23,045 bases of DNA from Myxococcota bacterium (GTDB taxonomy: Bacteria; Myxococcota; JACRCW01): positions 1 through 23,045 of the forward strand of contig JBFMGU010000170.1 in the NCBI GenBank assembly GCA_040752415.1. The letters run 5' to 3'. Made by a program: the position numbers and the translations under genes. Below are positions 9,292-17,565 of the stretch, piece by piece (the stretch's first letter is position 1; the number at the start of each line of letters is the position of its first letter). A model generated the notes under the pieces. The model had not been told where the DNA came from, did no database searches, and saw only the letters and a program-made list of their open reading frames with translations.

Positions 9292-9708
9292 ATGGAGCCG
9301 TTGTGGAAGCAGCTGGTGGAGGAGCTCAAGGCGCAGGGGCACCAGAGCCCGTACCTGGACCGCCTGCGTGAGCGCCTGCCGGCGACATTCAACACCTTCG
9401 ACCTCCAGCGCGAGATGCTGCAGGAGATGGCCCACGCGCTCGGCAAAGCCGAGGACAAGGTGAACCTGGCATTGCTGAAGCTTGAGCTGCGGGAGCGTGA
9501 CGTCGTGGCGCAGGAACGCGCGGAGCCGAAGGACGCCGCCTGGCGTCGCGAGCTGAACGCCCGCATCACCGCGTACAACGCGCAGCGCGACGAGGCCGTG
9601 ACCTTGCTGTGGGAGCTGACCGTCCACCGGGAGGCCATTGGCCTGCGTTGCGACCAGAACTTCCGCGACTACTACCCGGTGCCTCCCCCTCGTCATCACG
9701 TGGGCTGA
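9292..9708 (+). CDS. Small helical hypothetical protein (resembles DUF6665-type proteins)
   Basis: Strong GC3 bias; pattern QEMAHALGKAEDKV...LWELTVHREAIGLR...YPVP. The family resemblance is from memory and unverified. Start set at ATG 9292. Confidence 0.75.
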   Translation: MEPLWKQLVEELKAQGHQSPYLDRLRERLPATFNTFDLQREMLQEMAHALGKAEDKVNLALLKLELRERDVVAQERAEPKDAAWRRELNARITAYNAQRDEAVTLLWELTVHREAIGLRCDQNFRDYYPVPPPRHHVG

Positions 9709-9741
9709 GTCCATGGGTTGCGCGCGCCGACGGGAGAGCGC

Positions 9742-9942
9742 GTGGAATACACGCTCGAGCAGCTGAGCGGCAGCGCGTTGACGGCGCGGGTATCCCCGAC
9801 CAACGCCAGCTTCCGCGTCGTCGAGGTGGATGACCGGATGGGCGTGGCCACCAGCGGTACCGGCAGACTGCGCCTCATGCCGCTAGGCCCCGACGACACG
9901 CTGGACGATGACTGGATTGTCTACGTGGTGGGACGCCGGTAG
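9742..9942 (+). CDS. Small hypothetical protein or gene remnant (66 aa from GTG 9742; 74 aa from TTG 9718)
   Basis: Mostly G/C-ending codons; GGGAGAG just upstream of GTG 9742; fills the gap up to the convergent permease stop at 9946. Confidence 0.4.
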   Translation: MEYTLEQLSGSALTARVSPTNASFRVVEVDDRMGVATSGTGRLRLMPLGPDDTLDDDWIVYVVGRR

Positions 9943-9945
9943 CCC

Positions 9946-10740
9946 TCAGGACGAGGCGCTGCGGTAATGGCGCACAGCCGTCTTCCACATCACCCGGCTG
10001 ACGACGACAAAACCCACCGCCACGCCCAGTGCCGTGAAGGCGGCGCTGGTCTCCAACGTGCCGCGCAGCGCCATGGCCGGGAATGACGTCATCAGTCCCA
10101 CGGGCACCACGAACGTGAGCACGAAGCGCAGCCAACCGCGGAACACGGTGAGGGGCCAGCGTCCCGCGTCGAGAATGGAGGCGAAGAGGTGCGCCAGGTT
10201 GTCAATCCGGACGAACCAGAACGCCGTGCAGATGGCCAGGAGCCACACCGCGTAGAGAATGAGGACGGAGGCGAACATCATTCCCGCGGCGGAGAAGACC
10301 TCGGTGGGACCCGGGACCAGGCGCAGCTCATGGAGCGCCCAACCCAGCACGGCCAGGCCGCCCGCCACGTCGACGATCTTCACCGGCTCCAACCTGCTGG
10401 CGCTCACCAGGAACTGCGAGTCCACCGGCTTGATCAGAACGAAATCCAACGTGCCCTTGCGGATGTGCTCCACCACGGAAAGCAGGTTGGGATTGATGGT
10501 TCCTTCCAGCACGGCCTTGAGGATGATGAAGAACCCCATGACCAGGAGCGCCTCCGGCATGCGCCACCCGCCGATGTTCTCGCGGTGCTGGAAGGCGAAA
10601 CTGAGCGGCGCCACGGTCCAGATGACCCAGAACACGCTCATCACCAGCTCGACGAGGAACTGCATGCGGTAGCGCATGGCCAGCACCGCGGAGGTGCGGA
10701 CCATCTGGCCCACCAATATGAAGTAGCGCGCGCCCGTCAT
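9946..10740 (-). CDS. ABC-2 family transporter permease
   Basis: Multiple TM helices; IRKGTLDFVLIKPVD and RWPLTVF...TFVVP motifs; ATGA overlap with the upstream permease stop at 10737-10740. Confidence 0.9.
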   Translation of the reverse strand: MTGARYFILVGQMVRTSAVLAMRYRMQFLVELVMSVFWVIWTVAPLSFAFQHRENIGGWRMPEALLVMGFFIILKAVLEGTINPNLLSVVEHIRKGTLDFVLIKPVDSQFLVSASRLEPVKIVDVAGGLAVLGWALHELRLVPGPTEVFSAAGMMFASVLILYAVWLLAICTAFWFVRIDNLAHLFASILDAGRWPLTVFRGWLRFVLTFVVPVGLMTSFPAMALRGTLETSAAFTALGVAVGFVVVSRVMWKTAVRHYRSASS

Positions 10741-11543
10741 GCGCCATACGCCTCGTAGCGACGAATTCCCGATCGCCACAGTCGGAGGGTGACCGTTCCC
10801 AGCAGGATGATCCACAGCCACTGCACCGCCACGCCCTGCGCAATCTCCGACGGAGAGAGGTGGCCCAGGATGATCTCCACCGGGAGGCTCAGCATGGAGC
10901 GGAAGGGCAGTACGTAGGAGGCGGTGTGCATCCACGCTGGCGTCAGCTCCAGCGGGATGAGGTACCCGCTGCAGATGGCCCACAGGCCGAAGAACACGTC
11001 CCACAGCGAGAGCGACTGGTCACTCCAGAGCGCGAGCAGGCCGATGAGCACCTGGATGGTGAACGCCAGCAACCACGCGCCGAACGACGTCAGCAGGAAG
11101 ACCAACACGTGCTCCGGTGCCGTGCTGATGGCCAATCCACCTCGCCACCACGCCGCGGCGGCAACCAGCGGCACCAGCACGCACAGGCGCAACGGCAGCG
11201 CGGCCAGGTTCTCGGCGGCGTAGAGCCAGAGCGGATGAAGGGGCCTCAGCAACCGGACCGACAACGTGCCGTGACGGATTTCCTCGTTCAGCGTCCAGAC
11301 CACCCAGGAGCCGGAGAGCTGTCGCACCACGAGAACGGCGACGTAGTAGGCCACGAACCCCGCTTCATCGAATGGGCCCACCGTGCTGTTCTCCGCCGCG
11401 GCCAGCCACAAGGCGAGCATGACCAGCGGCAGCGTGGTGCTGAGGAACCAGATGACGAACTCCGCGCGGTAGGCCACGGACTCGGCGAAGCCCAGGCGCA
11501 ACAACCCCGGGATGGCACGCAGGACCCGGGCCGCCGTCGTCAT
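10737..11543 (-). CDS. ABC-2 family transporter permease
   Basis: Multiple TM helices; AYRAEF, IRHGTLSVRLLRPLHP, SGYLIPL, LPF motifs; ATGA overlap with the ATPase stop at 11540-11543. Confidence 0.9.
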   Translation of the reverse strand: MTTAARVLRAIPGLLRLGFAESVAYRAEFVIWFLSTTLPLVMLALWLAAAENSTVGPFDEAGFVAYYVAVLVVRQLSGSWVVWTLNEEIRHGTLSVRLLRPLHPLWLYAAENLAALPLRLCVLVPLVAAAAWWRGGLAISTAPEHVLVFLLTSFGAWLLAFTIQVLIGLLALWSDQSLSLWDVFFGLWAICSGYLIPLELTPAWMHTASYVLPFRSMLSLPVEIILGHLSPSEIAQGVAVQWLWIILLGTVTLRLWRSGIRRYEAYGA

Positions 11544-12511
11544 GGGACGCCCCCGAGCAGCTGGCGCATCACGTCCTCCAGCGGCGGATCCTCGACGGTG
11601 AGGTCCAGCACCGGCAGCGTTCCCAGCATGCGCGAGACCTGTTCCGCCATCCCCTGCTGCGGACAACGCAACACGGCACGACGGTCCTGCAGCTCCACCA
11701 CCTGTCCAAAAGGACTGAGGTCCTCCGCGCGCACGTCGTGGTGGAAGGTCAGCGAGATGCGCTTGTCCGGGAGCGTGGTGGCGGCCAGACGGGTCAGGTC
11801 CCCGTCGTAACGGAGGCGGCCCTTGTCAATGATGATGACCCGCGGGCACAGCGCCTGGACGTCATCCATGTCATGGCTGGTGAGCAGCACCGTGGCGCCG
11901 TGCCGCTCGTTGTACGTCTTGATGAACGCGCGCACGCTGGCCTGCATGGAGACGTCCAGGCCAATGGTGGGCTCGTCGAGGAACAGGAGCTTGGGCCGGT
12001 GCAACAGCGCGGCGGCCAGCTCGCACTTCATGCGCTCGCCGAGGGAGAGATTGCGCACCGGCCGCGTCAGCAGGGGTTCCAGGCCGAGCAGTGCAATGAG
12101 CTCGTCGAGCGTCTCCTGGTATTGCGCGCGGGGCAGGTCATAGATGGCGCGCTGCAGCTCAAAGGTGTCGACGGGTGGAAGGTCCCAGATGAGCTGCTGC
12201 TTCTGGCCCATGACCAGCGTGATGGTGCGCAGGAAATCATACGCGCGGTCCTGCGGCTGGAATCCGCCCACCGTCACGCGCCCCGACGTGGGCATGAGCA
12301 GACCGGAGAGGATCTTGAGCGTGGTGGTCTTGCCCGCGCCGTTGGGACCCAGGAAGCCCACGCGCTCGCCCTGGGCAATGGAGAAGGTGAGGTTGCTGAC
12401 GGCGGTGACGTCCTCGTGCTCACGCCGCAGCAGGGAGCGCAGCGCGGCCGTGAATCCCGCTGCCCGTCGGGGCACGCGGTAGACCTTGGTGAGCTGGTCA
12501 ACCTGGATCAC
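11540..12511 (-). CDS. ABC transporter ATP-binding protein
   Basis: Walker A GPNGAGKTT, signature LSLGE, Walker B LFLDEPT, H-loop TSH. Start set at GTG 12511 (VIQVDQLTKVY); the ORF-track extension to 12961 overlaps the divergent gene. Confidence 0.93.
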   Translation of the reverse strand: MIQVDQLTKVYRVPRRAAGFTAALRSLLRREHEDVTAVSNLTFSIAQGERVGFLGPNGAGKTTTLKILSGLLMPTSGRVTVGGFQPQDRAYDFLRTITLVMGQKQQLIWDLPPVDTFELQRAIYDLPRAQYQETLDELIALLGLEPLLTRPVRNLSLGERMKCELAAALLHRPKLLFLDEPTIGLDVSMQASVRAFIKTYNERHGATVLLTSHDMDDVQALCPRVIIIDKGRLRYDGDLTRLAATTLPDKRISLTFHHDVRAEDLSPFGQVVELQDRRAVLRCPQQGMAEQVSRMLGTLPVLDLTVEDPPLEDVMRQLLGGVP

Positions 12512-12589
12512 GGGCGGATGTGTAGCACCATTGGCGTCGGACGCGGGCGGTTGCTGGCCCCGGCCCTCCAACGGGTGTATCCAACCCGC

Positions 12590-13168
12590 ATGCTCGTCTC
12601 GTGGGTTGCGGCCACGTTGCTGCTCGCCTCGCCCGACGCCGGGCCGGACGTGCCCGACGTGCGACGGAGCGCGGAACACCGGGCGCTGGAAACGCAGGTG
12701 GAGCTGCTGCGCAAGGAGGCCGCCCGTCCCCGCGACTGGCACCAGCGCGAGCGCGGTGAGCGTCTCAAGCAGGAGCTGCAGACGTTGGAGCGCGTCCTCT
12801 CCGACGTGGAATCGCTGTACGCCATCCGGCTGGCGCGGTGTCAGAAGCGCTATCCCATGGCCAGGGACCCGCGCAGCGCGCTGGCGCATCCCGGCTACTT
12901 CGGCTGTCCGGATGATGCCATGGTGAGCGACGACGTGGTGCGGCAGATTCGACGTCGTCACGAGGTGGAGCGTCGCCTCAAGGAGAAGGGACTCCCGGTG
13001 CAGGCGCGCACGGCGCTGCAGAAGGAGCTGGCGCAGCTGGTTGCCACGCTGGAGAAGCAGTCGGGAGAGGACCCGCTGTATGTCGACGACATGGACCGTG
13101 TGCGGGTGGAGGATGCCGGCGTTCCCGACGAGGAACCCGGCGCGCCACCGTTCACTTCAACGCCTTGA
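12590..13168 (+). CDS. Hypothetical, probably exported, helical protein (192 aa)
   Basis: 3' part of ORF 11738..13168 from ATG 12590; hydrophobic N-terminus MLVSWVAATLLLA; GC3-biased codons; fills an otherwise empty gap. Confidence 0.7.
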   Translation: MLVSWVAATLLLASPDAGPDVPDVRRSAEHRALETQVELLRKEAARPRDWHQRERGERLKQELQTLERVLSDVESLYAIRLARCQKRYPMARDPRSALAHPGYFGCPDDAMVSDDVVRQIRRRHEVERRLKEKGLPVQARTALQKELAQLVATLEKQSGEDPLYVDDMDRVRVEDAGVPDEEPGAPPFTSTP

Positions 13169-14870
13169 CCACGCGAACCTTCGCGCCCGGTTTCACCACC
13201 ACAATCTCCTGTGCGCTGAGCTTGAGCTCCGGGTTCTCCAGGCGCACCACGTGTCGGCCCGCGGAGATGGGCAGGTCGACGACGGGCGTGAACAGTCCGG
13301 TGGCTCTTCCGTCGACGATCACGTTGGCCCAGGGCCTGCTGGCAACGGAGAGGAATCCGCCTTCCTCCCGCTTCTGCGGCTCCTTGGCGCGAGTGGTGCG
13401 CGTGGGGCGTTCCCGTGACGGGCGCGACGGTCCTTCCACGGTGGGTGTCGGCGCGGCCTGCCGCTCGACGAGGTGGAACTTCAACCGCGGGGGCGCGTCC
13501 TCGGCGGTGAGCTCCTGGCGCACGCTGTCGTGACCGCTCAGCTCCAGGTGCAGCTGCACCGGCTGGCCCGCCTCCAACGTGATGGACGTGGGCGTGGTCC
13601 CCACCACGACGTCACCGAGTCGCACCGTGGCGCCCGTGGGAACGGTGTCGACGGGGATGATGCGGTGCGCGGGCGGTGGTTGAGGCGGAGGCGCGGGCGT
13701 GGCGACGGGAGGCGGAGCGGGGGAGGGCGGCGCCGGTTGGGGTGGTGGCGACATCCACGACCGTACCGCGACGGCGGATGCCACCCCGCTGAGGAGGATG
13801 AGCGGGACGGCAATCAACGCCCACCGACGGGCCGAGCGACCCACGTCGTCACCCGCGGCCGCGCGCGCCACCCGGGAGAGCTCCGGTGCGTGCTCCGCGG
13901 CAAGACGTTCCAGCTCCTTGCGGATGCGTGTTTCCCGCTCCGCTTCGCGGGCCATCTCGTCGGCGAACAGCTCCGCGAGGAACGTGGCGGTCTTCACCCC
14001 GGACCACGACCAACCCTGGGCTTCCGCGGCATCACGGAGCGCGTCTCGGAAGGATTGCGCGTCCGGCCACCTCTCGTCGGGATTGGGCGCGAGCGCGCGG
14101 TACACCACCTGCGCCACCGCGTCCGGCACGTCGACGCCGACTTCGTTGAAGCGCGGAAAGCCGCCCGCCATGACCTCCCGCAGGATGGCCCGGTCCTCGT
14201 GGCGCGCGCGCATGGGACGCATGGTGAACAGCTCATGGAGCACCACGCCCATGGCGTACACGTCGACGCGACGGTCCGCCTTCTGTCCCTTCAGCACCTC
14301 CGGACTGAGATAACCGGGCTTTCCCTTCACCCGACCGACGCGGGTGGTGTCCTCGCTGGTTGCCGCCTTGGCCAGGCCAAAGTCCGTCAGCAGCACGCGC
14401 CCGTCGTAACCCACCAGGATGTTCTGCGGGCTGACGTCGCGGTGGATGATGTTCAGCGGTTTTCCGTCGGAGTCCGTGCGTGTGTGGGCGTGATGCAGCC
14501 CGCCGAGTGCTTCCGTGACGACGTGAACGCAGAATGGTGCGGGAAGTTGCACACCGGATGTGAGCGCGCCCACCAGCACCTGGCTCAGTGCACGCCCGGA
14601 GACGTACTCCATGGCAATGAAGTGCTGGCCACCGGCGCGACCCAGGTCCAGGACCTCGACGATGTTCGGGTGGTTCAGCACCGAGACCAGCTTGGCCTCC
14701 TGCACCATGGACGCCGTGATCACCGGGTCTGCGGAGAGGTGCGGGTGCAGGCGCTTGATGGCCAGCACGCGGGAGAAGCCGGAGCTACCAAAAGAGGCAC
14801 CCCGCCAGACCTCCGCCATGCCGCCGGATGCAATGCGCTCGACGAGGATGTACTTGCCGAGCCGCTCCAT
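13152..14870 (-). CDS. Membrane Hanks-type Ser/Thr protein kinase with Pro-rich linker and PEGA-like domains
   Basis: IASGGMAEVW, LAIK, HRDVSPQNIL, DFG, GKPGYLSPE; TM WALIAVPLILLSGVASAVAV; PEGA-like DTVPTGATVRLG and ASRPWANVIVDG. Confidence 0.93.
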   Translation of the reverse strand: MERLGKYILVERIASGGMAEVWRGASFGSSGFSRVLAIKRLHPHLSADPVITASMVQEAKLVSVLNHPNIVEVLDLGRAGGQHFIAMEYVSGRALSQVLVGALTSGVQLPAPFCVHVVTEALGGLHHAHTRTDSDGKPLNIIHRDVSPQNILVGYDGRVLLTDFGLAKAATSEDTTRVGRVKGKPGYLSPEVLKGQKADRRVDVYAMGVVLHELFTMRPMRARHEDRAILREVMAGGFPRFNEVGVDVPDAVAQVVYRALAPNPDERWPDAQSFRDALRDAAEAQGWSWSGVKTATFLAELFADEMAREAERETRIRKELERLAAEHAPELSRVARAAAGDDVGRSARRWALIAVPLILLSGVASAVAVRSWMSPPPQPAPPSPAPPPVATPAPPPQPPPAHRIIPVDTVPTGATVRLGDVVVGTTPTSITLEAGQPVQLHLELSGHDSVRQELTAEDAPPRLKFHLVERQAAPTPTVEGPSRPSRERPTRTTRAKEPQKREEGGFLSVASRPWANVIVDGRATGLFTPVVDLPISAGRHVVRLENPELKLSAQEIVVVKPGAKVRVVKALK

Positions 14871-14873
14871 GGG

Positions 14874-16640
14874 TCAGGAACGCTGCGGCGCCTTGCGCGG
14901 GCGCGGAAGCCCATAGGCCTCCAGTCGCTTCACCAGCGTCCGACGAGGAATGCCCAGCGCCTTGGCCGCCTGCGTCTGGTTCCCCGCGAAGCGGTCCAAC
15001 GCCTCCCGGATGCGTTCCCGTTCCAGCGCCTCCATCTCTCCGCGCAGGTTGGCCCCGCCGCCCCCGTCCGCCGCCGCACCCCGTGACGACGAGAATGACG
15101 CTTGCGTGGCCACCATGGACGCTTCCATCTTCTCCACCGGGAGATGCTCGCGCATGATGACCCCGTCGCAGAACAACACCGCGCGCTCCATCACGTTGCG
15201 CAGCTCCCGGATGTTGCCCGGCCAGTGGTAGTCCTGCAGCAGCTCGAGCGCGTCGTGGCTGATGGTGGGAACGTCCTTGCGGTCCATCTCCTCGCACGCC
15301 TGCGCCACGAAAGCGTTGGCCAGGTCCTCGATCTCCTCGGTGCGCTCCCGCAACGCGGGGATGGTCAGCGTCACGGCGTTGAGGCGGAAGTACAGGTCCT
15401 GGCGGAACGTGCCGCGTGCAATCTCCGCCTCCAGGTCGCGGTTGGTGGCGGCAATGAAGCGCACGTTGATGGGCTGCGCCTTCAATCCGCCCACCCGCGT
15501 CACCATGCGCTCCTCGATGACGCGCAGCAGCTTCACCTGCGTCACCAGCGGCATCTCGCCCAGCTCGTCGAGGAACACCGTGCCGCCTTGCGCGGTTTCC
15601 AGCAGGCCCGGCTTGGCCGCCACCGCTCCGGTGAAAGCGCCCTTCTCGTGCCCAAACAGCTCGCTCTCGAGGAGGAACTCACTGAGCGCCGCGCAGTTGA
15701 GGCGCAGGAACGGCTTGGACGCGCGCGGCGACTGCCGGTGGAGCATCTCCGCCAGCACCTCCTTGCCCACGCCCGTCTCGCCGAGAATCAGCACATTGAT
15801 GTTGCCCGCGGCCACTTTCTCGACGAGACGATGCAGCTTCTGCATGGCACCGCCCTGCGGCATGATCGGGCTACCGGGCGTGGCGGCGGCGGCGCGCTTG
15901 CGCAGGGCCGCGCCGGCGCGCGTGAGCAGCTCCTCGGGCTCGCGTCCGTCGGTGGGAAAGCAGGCCACGCCAGTCCGCACACGCGCGCCATGACGGGCCA
16001 GGCGGGCCGTGACGTCGTCCTCCACCTGCTTGGCCTGCGTGGCGGTGCAGCCCACCAGCAGGCACTCGTATTGGCCGGGACCGTAGTAGGCCACCACGTC
16101 CTGTGGGTGCCCGCGCAGCGTGAGGATCTCCTGCATGGCCTCGGAGCCGAGCATCTGCGGCGCGTGGATGCGCAACACGGCGAACGGCGTGTTCCGCTCG
16201 CGCTCGTCCTCCAGGCGCCCCTCGAAATAGCCGTGCGTTGCCAACCGTCGGGGACGGGCACCCGTGACGCCACGCTGCACAATCACCATCACCGAGCCGA
16301 GGTCAATGACCTCACCGGTGCCCACTTCCACCGGCGTGCCCTGCGCCACCGCGCTCCCGCGCACGCGCGTGCCGTTGGCGCTGCCCAGGTCCTCCAGCCG
16401 GATGGATCCTCCCAGGTGCAACACCGCGTGACGACGGGAAATGGACGCGTCGTCGACCTGCACGTCCACGTCCTGCGCGCGACCGATGACGACGTCGCCC
16501 TCACGCGGGAGCGGATGGGTGGCCACCACGCCGTCGCCAATGACCAGGAGCCGCAGCGGGGCGGGAGCCGCGGTGGCGTCGGCGGGACTCAGCAACGCGG
16601 TTTCACGACGCTGGGGATCATCCATGTCAGGCGGGGCCAC
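14874..16640 (-). CDS. Sigma54-dependent enhancer-binding protein: FHA + degenerate GGDEF-like domain + AAA+ + Fis-type HTH
   Basis: FHA motifs IGR, SRRH, SANGT; AAA+ motifs [54 protein letters not shown]. Start set at GTG 16640 (GGAGG 8 nt upstream); ATG 16625 is an alternative. Confidence 0.92.
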   Translation of the reverse strand: MAPPDMDDPQRRETALLSPADATAAPAPLRLLVIGDGVVATHPLPREGDVVIGRAQDVDVQVDDASISRRHAVLHLGGSIRLEDLGSANGTRVRGSAVAQGTPVEVGTGEVIDLGSVMVIVQRGVTGARPRRLATHGYFEGRLEDERERNTPFAVLRIHAPQMLGSEAMQEILTLRGHPQDVVAYYGPGQYECLLVGCTATQAKQVEDDVTARLARHGARVRTGVACFPTDGREPEELLTRAGAALRKRAAAATPGSPIMPQGGAMQKLHRLVEKVAAGNINVLILGETGVGKEVLAEMLHRQSPRASKPFLRLNCAALSEFLLESELFGHEKGAFTGAVAAKPGLLETAQGGTVFLDELGEMPLVTQVKLLRVIEERMVTRVGGLKAQPINVRFIAATNRDLEAEIARGTFRQDLYFRLNAVTLTIPALRERTEEIEDLANAFVAQACEEMDRKDVPTISHDALELLQDYHWPGNIRELRNVMERAVLFCDGVIMREHLPVEKMEASMVATQASFSSSRGAAADGGGGANLRGEMEALERERIREALDRFAGNQTQAAKALGIPRRTLVKRLEAYGLPRPRKAPQRS

Positions 16641-16712
16641 GGTGCGGACCTCCAGGGTGCGGGCCACGGTAGCGCCGACGCGCCGTACGTGACCAGCGCC
16701 CACCTCTCCCGA

Positions 16713-16755
16713 CGTCAAACGGCGTTGACGACCAGCTTGTGCGCGACCCTAGGAT
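16713..16755 (+). promoter_or_regulatory. Candidate sigma70-type promoter / operator in the divergent region
   Basis: Inverted repeat CGTCAA-N6-TTGACG (16713-16730); TTGACG is followed 19 nt later by TAGGAT (16750-16755). Confidence 0.3.
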
Positions 16756-16811
16756 GAACCCGCACCACGCCCTGGAGGTAGAGCCTCAGCACGGGCGGGA
16801 GGAGCTGCAAC

Positions 16812-17501
16812 ATGTCCCGCGCCGCCAAGCTGCTGCTCCTCTGCGTCGTCCTCACGGTAATCCTCTACGCAATCCCGTTCGGCGGGCTCATCATCTGGCC
16901 CATCATGCTGTTCGCCACGCTGGCGCACGAGATGGGACACGGCGTTGCGGCGCTCACGTGCGGCGGGGAGTTCCACCAGTTCCGCTTGTGGGCCGACGGG
17001 TCGGGGGTGGCCAACACAGGCGGCTTGAGCGCGCCGTGGATGGGGGCGGTGGTGAGCGCGGGTGGCCTGGTGGGTCCCGCCCTGGCGGCCATGGTGCTCT
17101 TTGCGCTCGGCCGCAGCGCGTCATGGTCACGACGTGCGCTCTACGGGGCCAGCGCCGCGTTCATCCTCGCCGACGTGCTGGTGGTGCGGAATACGTTTGG
17201 CCTCTTCTACGTGGGCGCGCTGGGGCTGCTGACGGCGTGGCTGGCCCGCAACGTGGAAGCGCGCACCGCGCAGCTCGTCGTGGTGTTCATGGCCATGCAG
17301 CTCTCGCTCAGCGTCTTCTCCACGTCGGACTACCTGTTCACCGACGTGGCGCGGACCTCTGGCGGGACCATGCCCTCCGACGTGGCGCAGATGGCCAACG
17401 TGCTCGGCGGACCCTACTGGCTCTGGGGTCTCGTCGTGGGTGCGTTCTCGGTGGGGGTGTTGGTGGTGGGCTTGCGCGTGTTCCTCAGGGGTGCACGCTG
17501 A
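16812..17501 (+). CDS. M50B-like membrane metallopeptidase
   Basis: HEMGH zinc motif after a TM segment; DGSG, SAGGLVGP and C-terminal SD motifs; polytopic; GGAGGAG ribosome-binding site 7 nt before the ATG. Confidence 0.88.
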   Translation: MSRAAKLLLLCVVLTVILYAIPFGGLIIWPIMLFATLAHEMGHGVAALTCGGEFHQFRLWADGSGVANTGGLSAPWMGAVVSAGGLVGPALAAMVLFALGRSASWSRRALYGASAAFILADVLVVRNTFGLFYVGALGLLTAWLARNVEARTAQLVVVFMAMQLSLSVFSTSDYLFTDVARTSGGTMPSDVAQMANVLGGPYWLWGLVVGAFSVGVLVVGLRVFLRGAR

Positions 17502-17509
17502 ACCCGCGC

Positions 17510-17557
17510 CCCGTGCGTGGCCCGCTGACGAAGATGGTCTACGGGCCCACGCGCGGG
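17510..17557. terminator. GC-rich hairpin between convergent genes (possible bidirectional terminator or stabiliser)
   Basis: CCCGTGCGTGGCCCG (17510-17524) pairs with CGGGCCCACGCGCGGG (17542-17557) with one G-U pair and one bulge; no U-tract. Confidence 0.4.
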
Positions 17558-17565
17558 ATGAACTG

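Noticed and set aside
9946..12511. ABC exporter as the type I secretion system for the RTX peroxidase
   Set aside because: It is an ABC-2 type with separate ATPase and permeases, not a fused HlyB-type, and no HlyD or TolC gene is present.
12512..12961. 150-aa N-terminal extension of the ABC ATPase
   Set aside because: Overlaps the better-supported + strand gene from 12590; the ABC domain begins at VIQVDQLTK.
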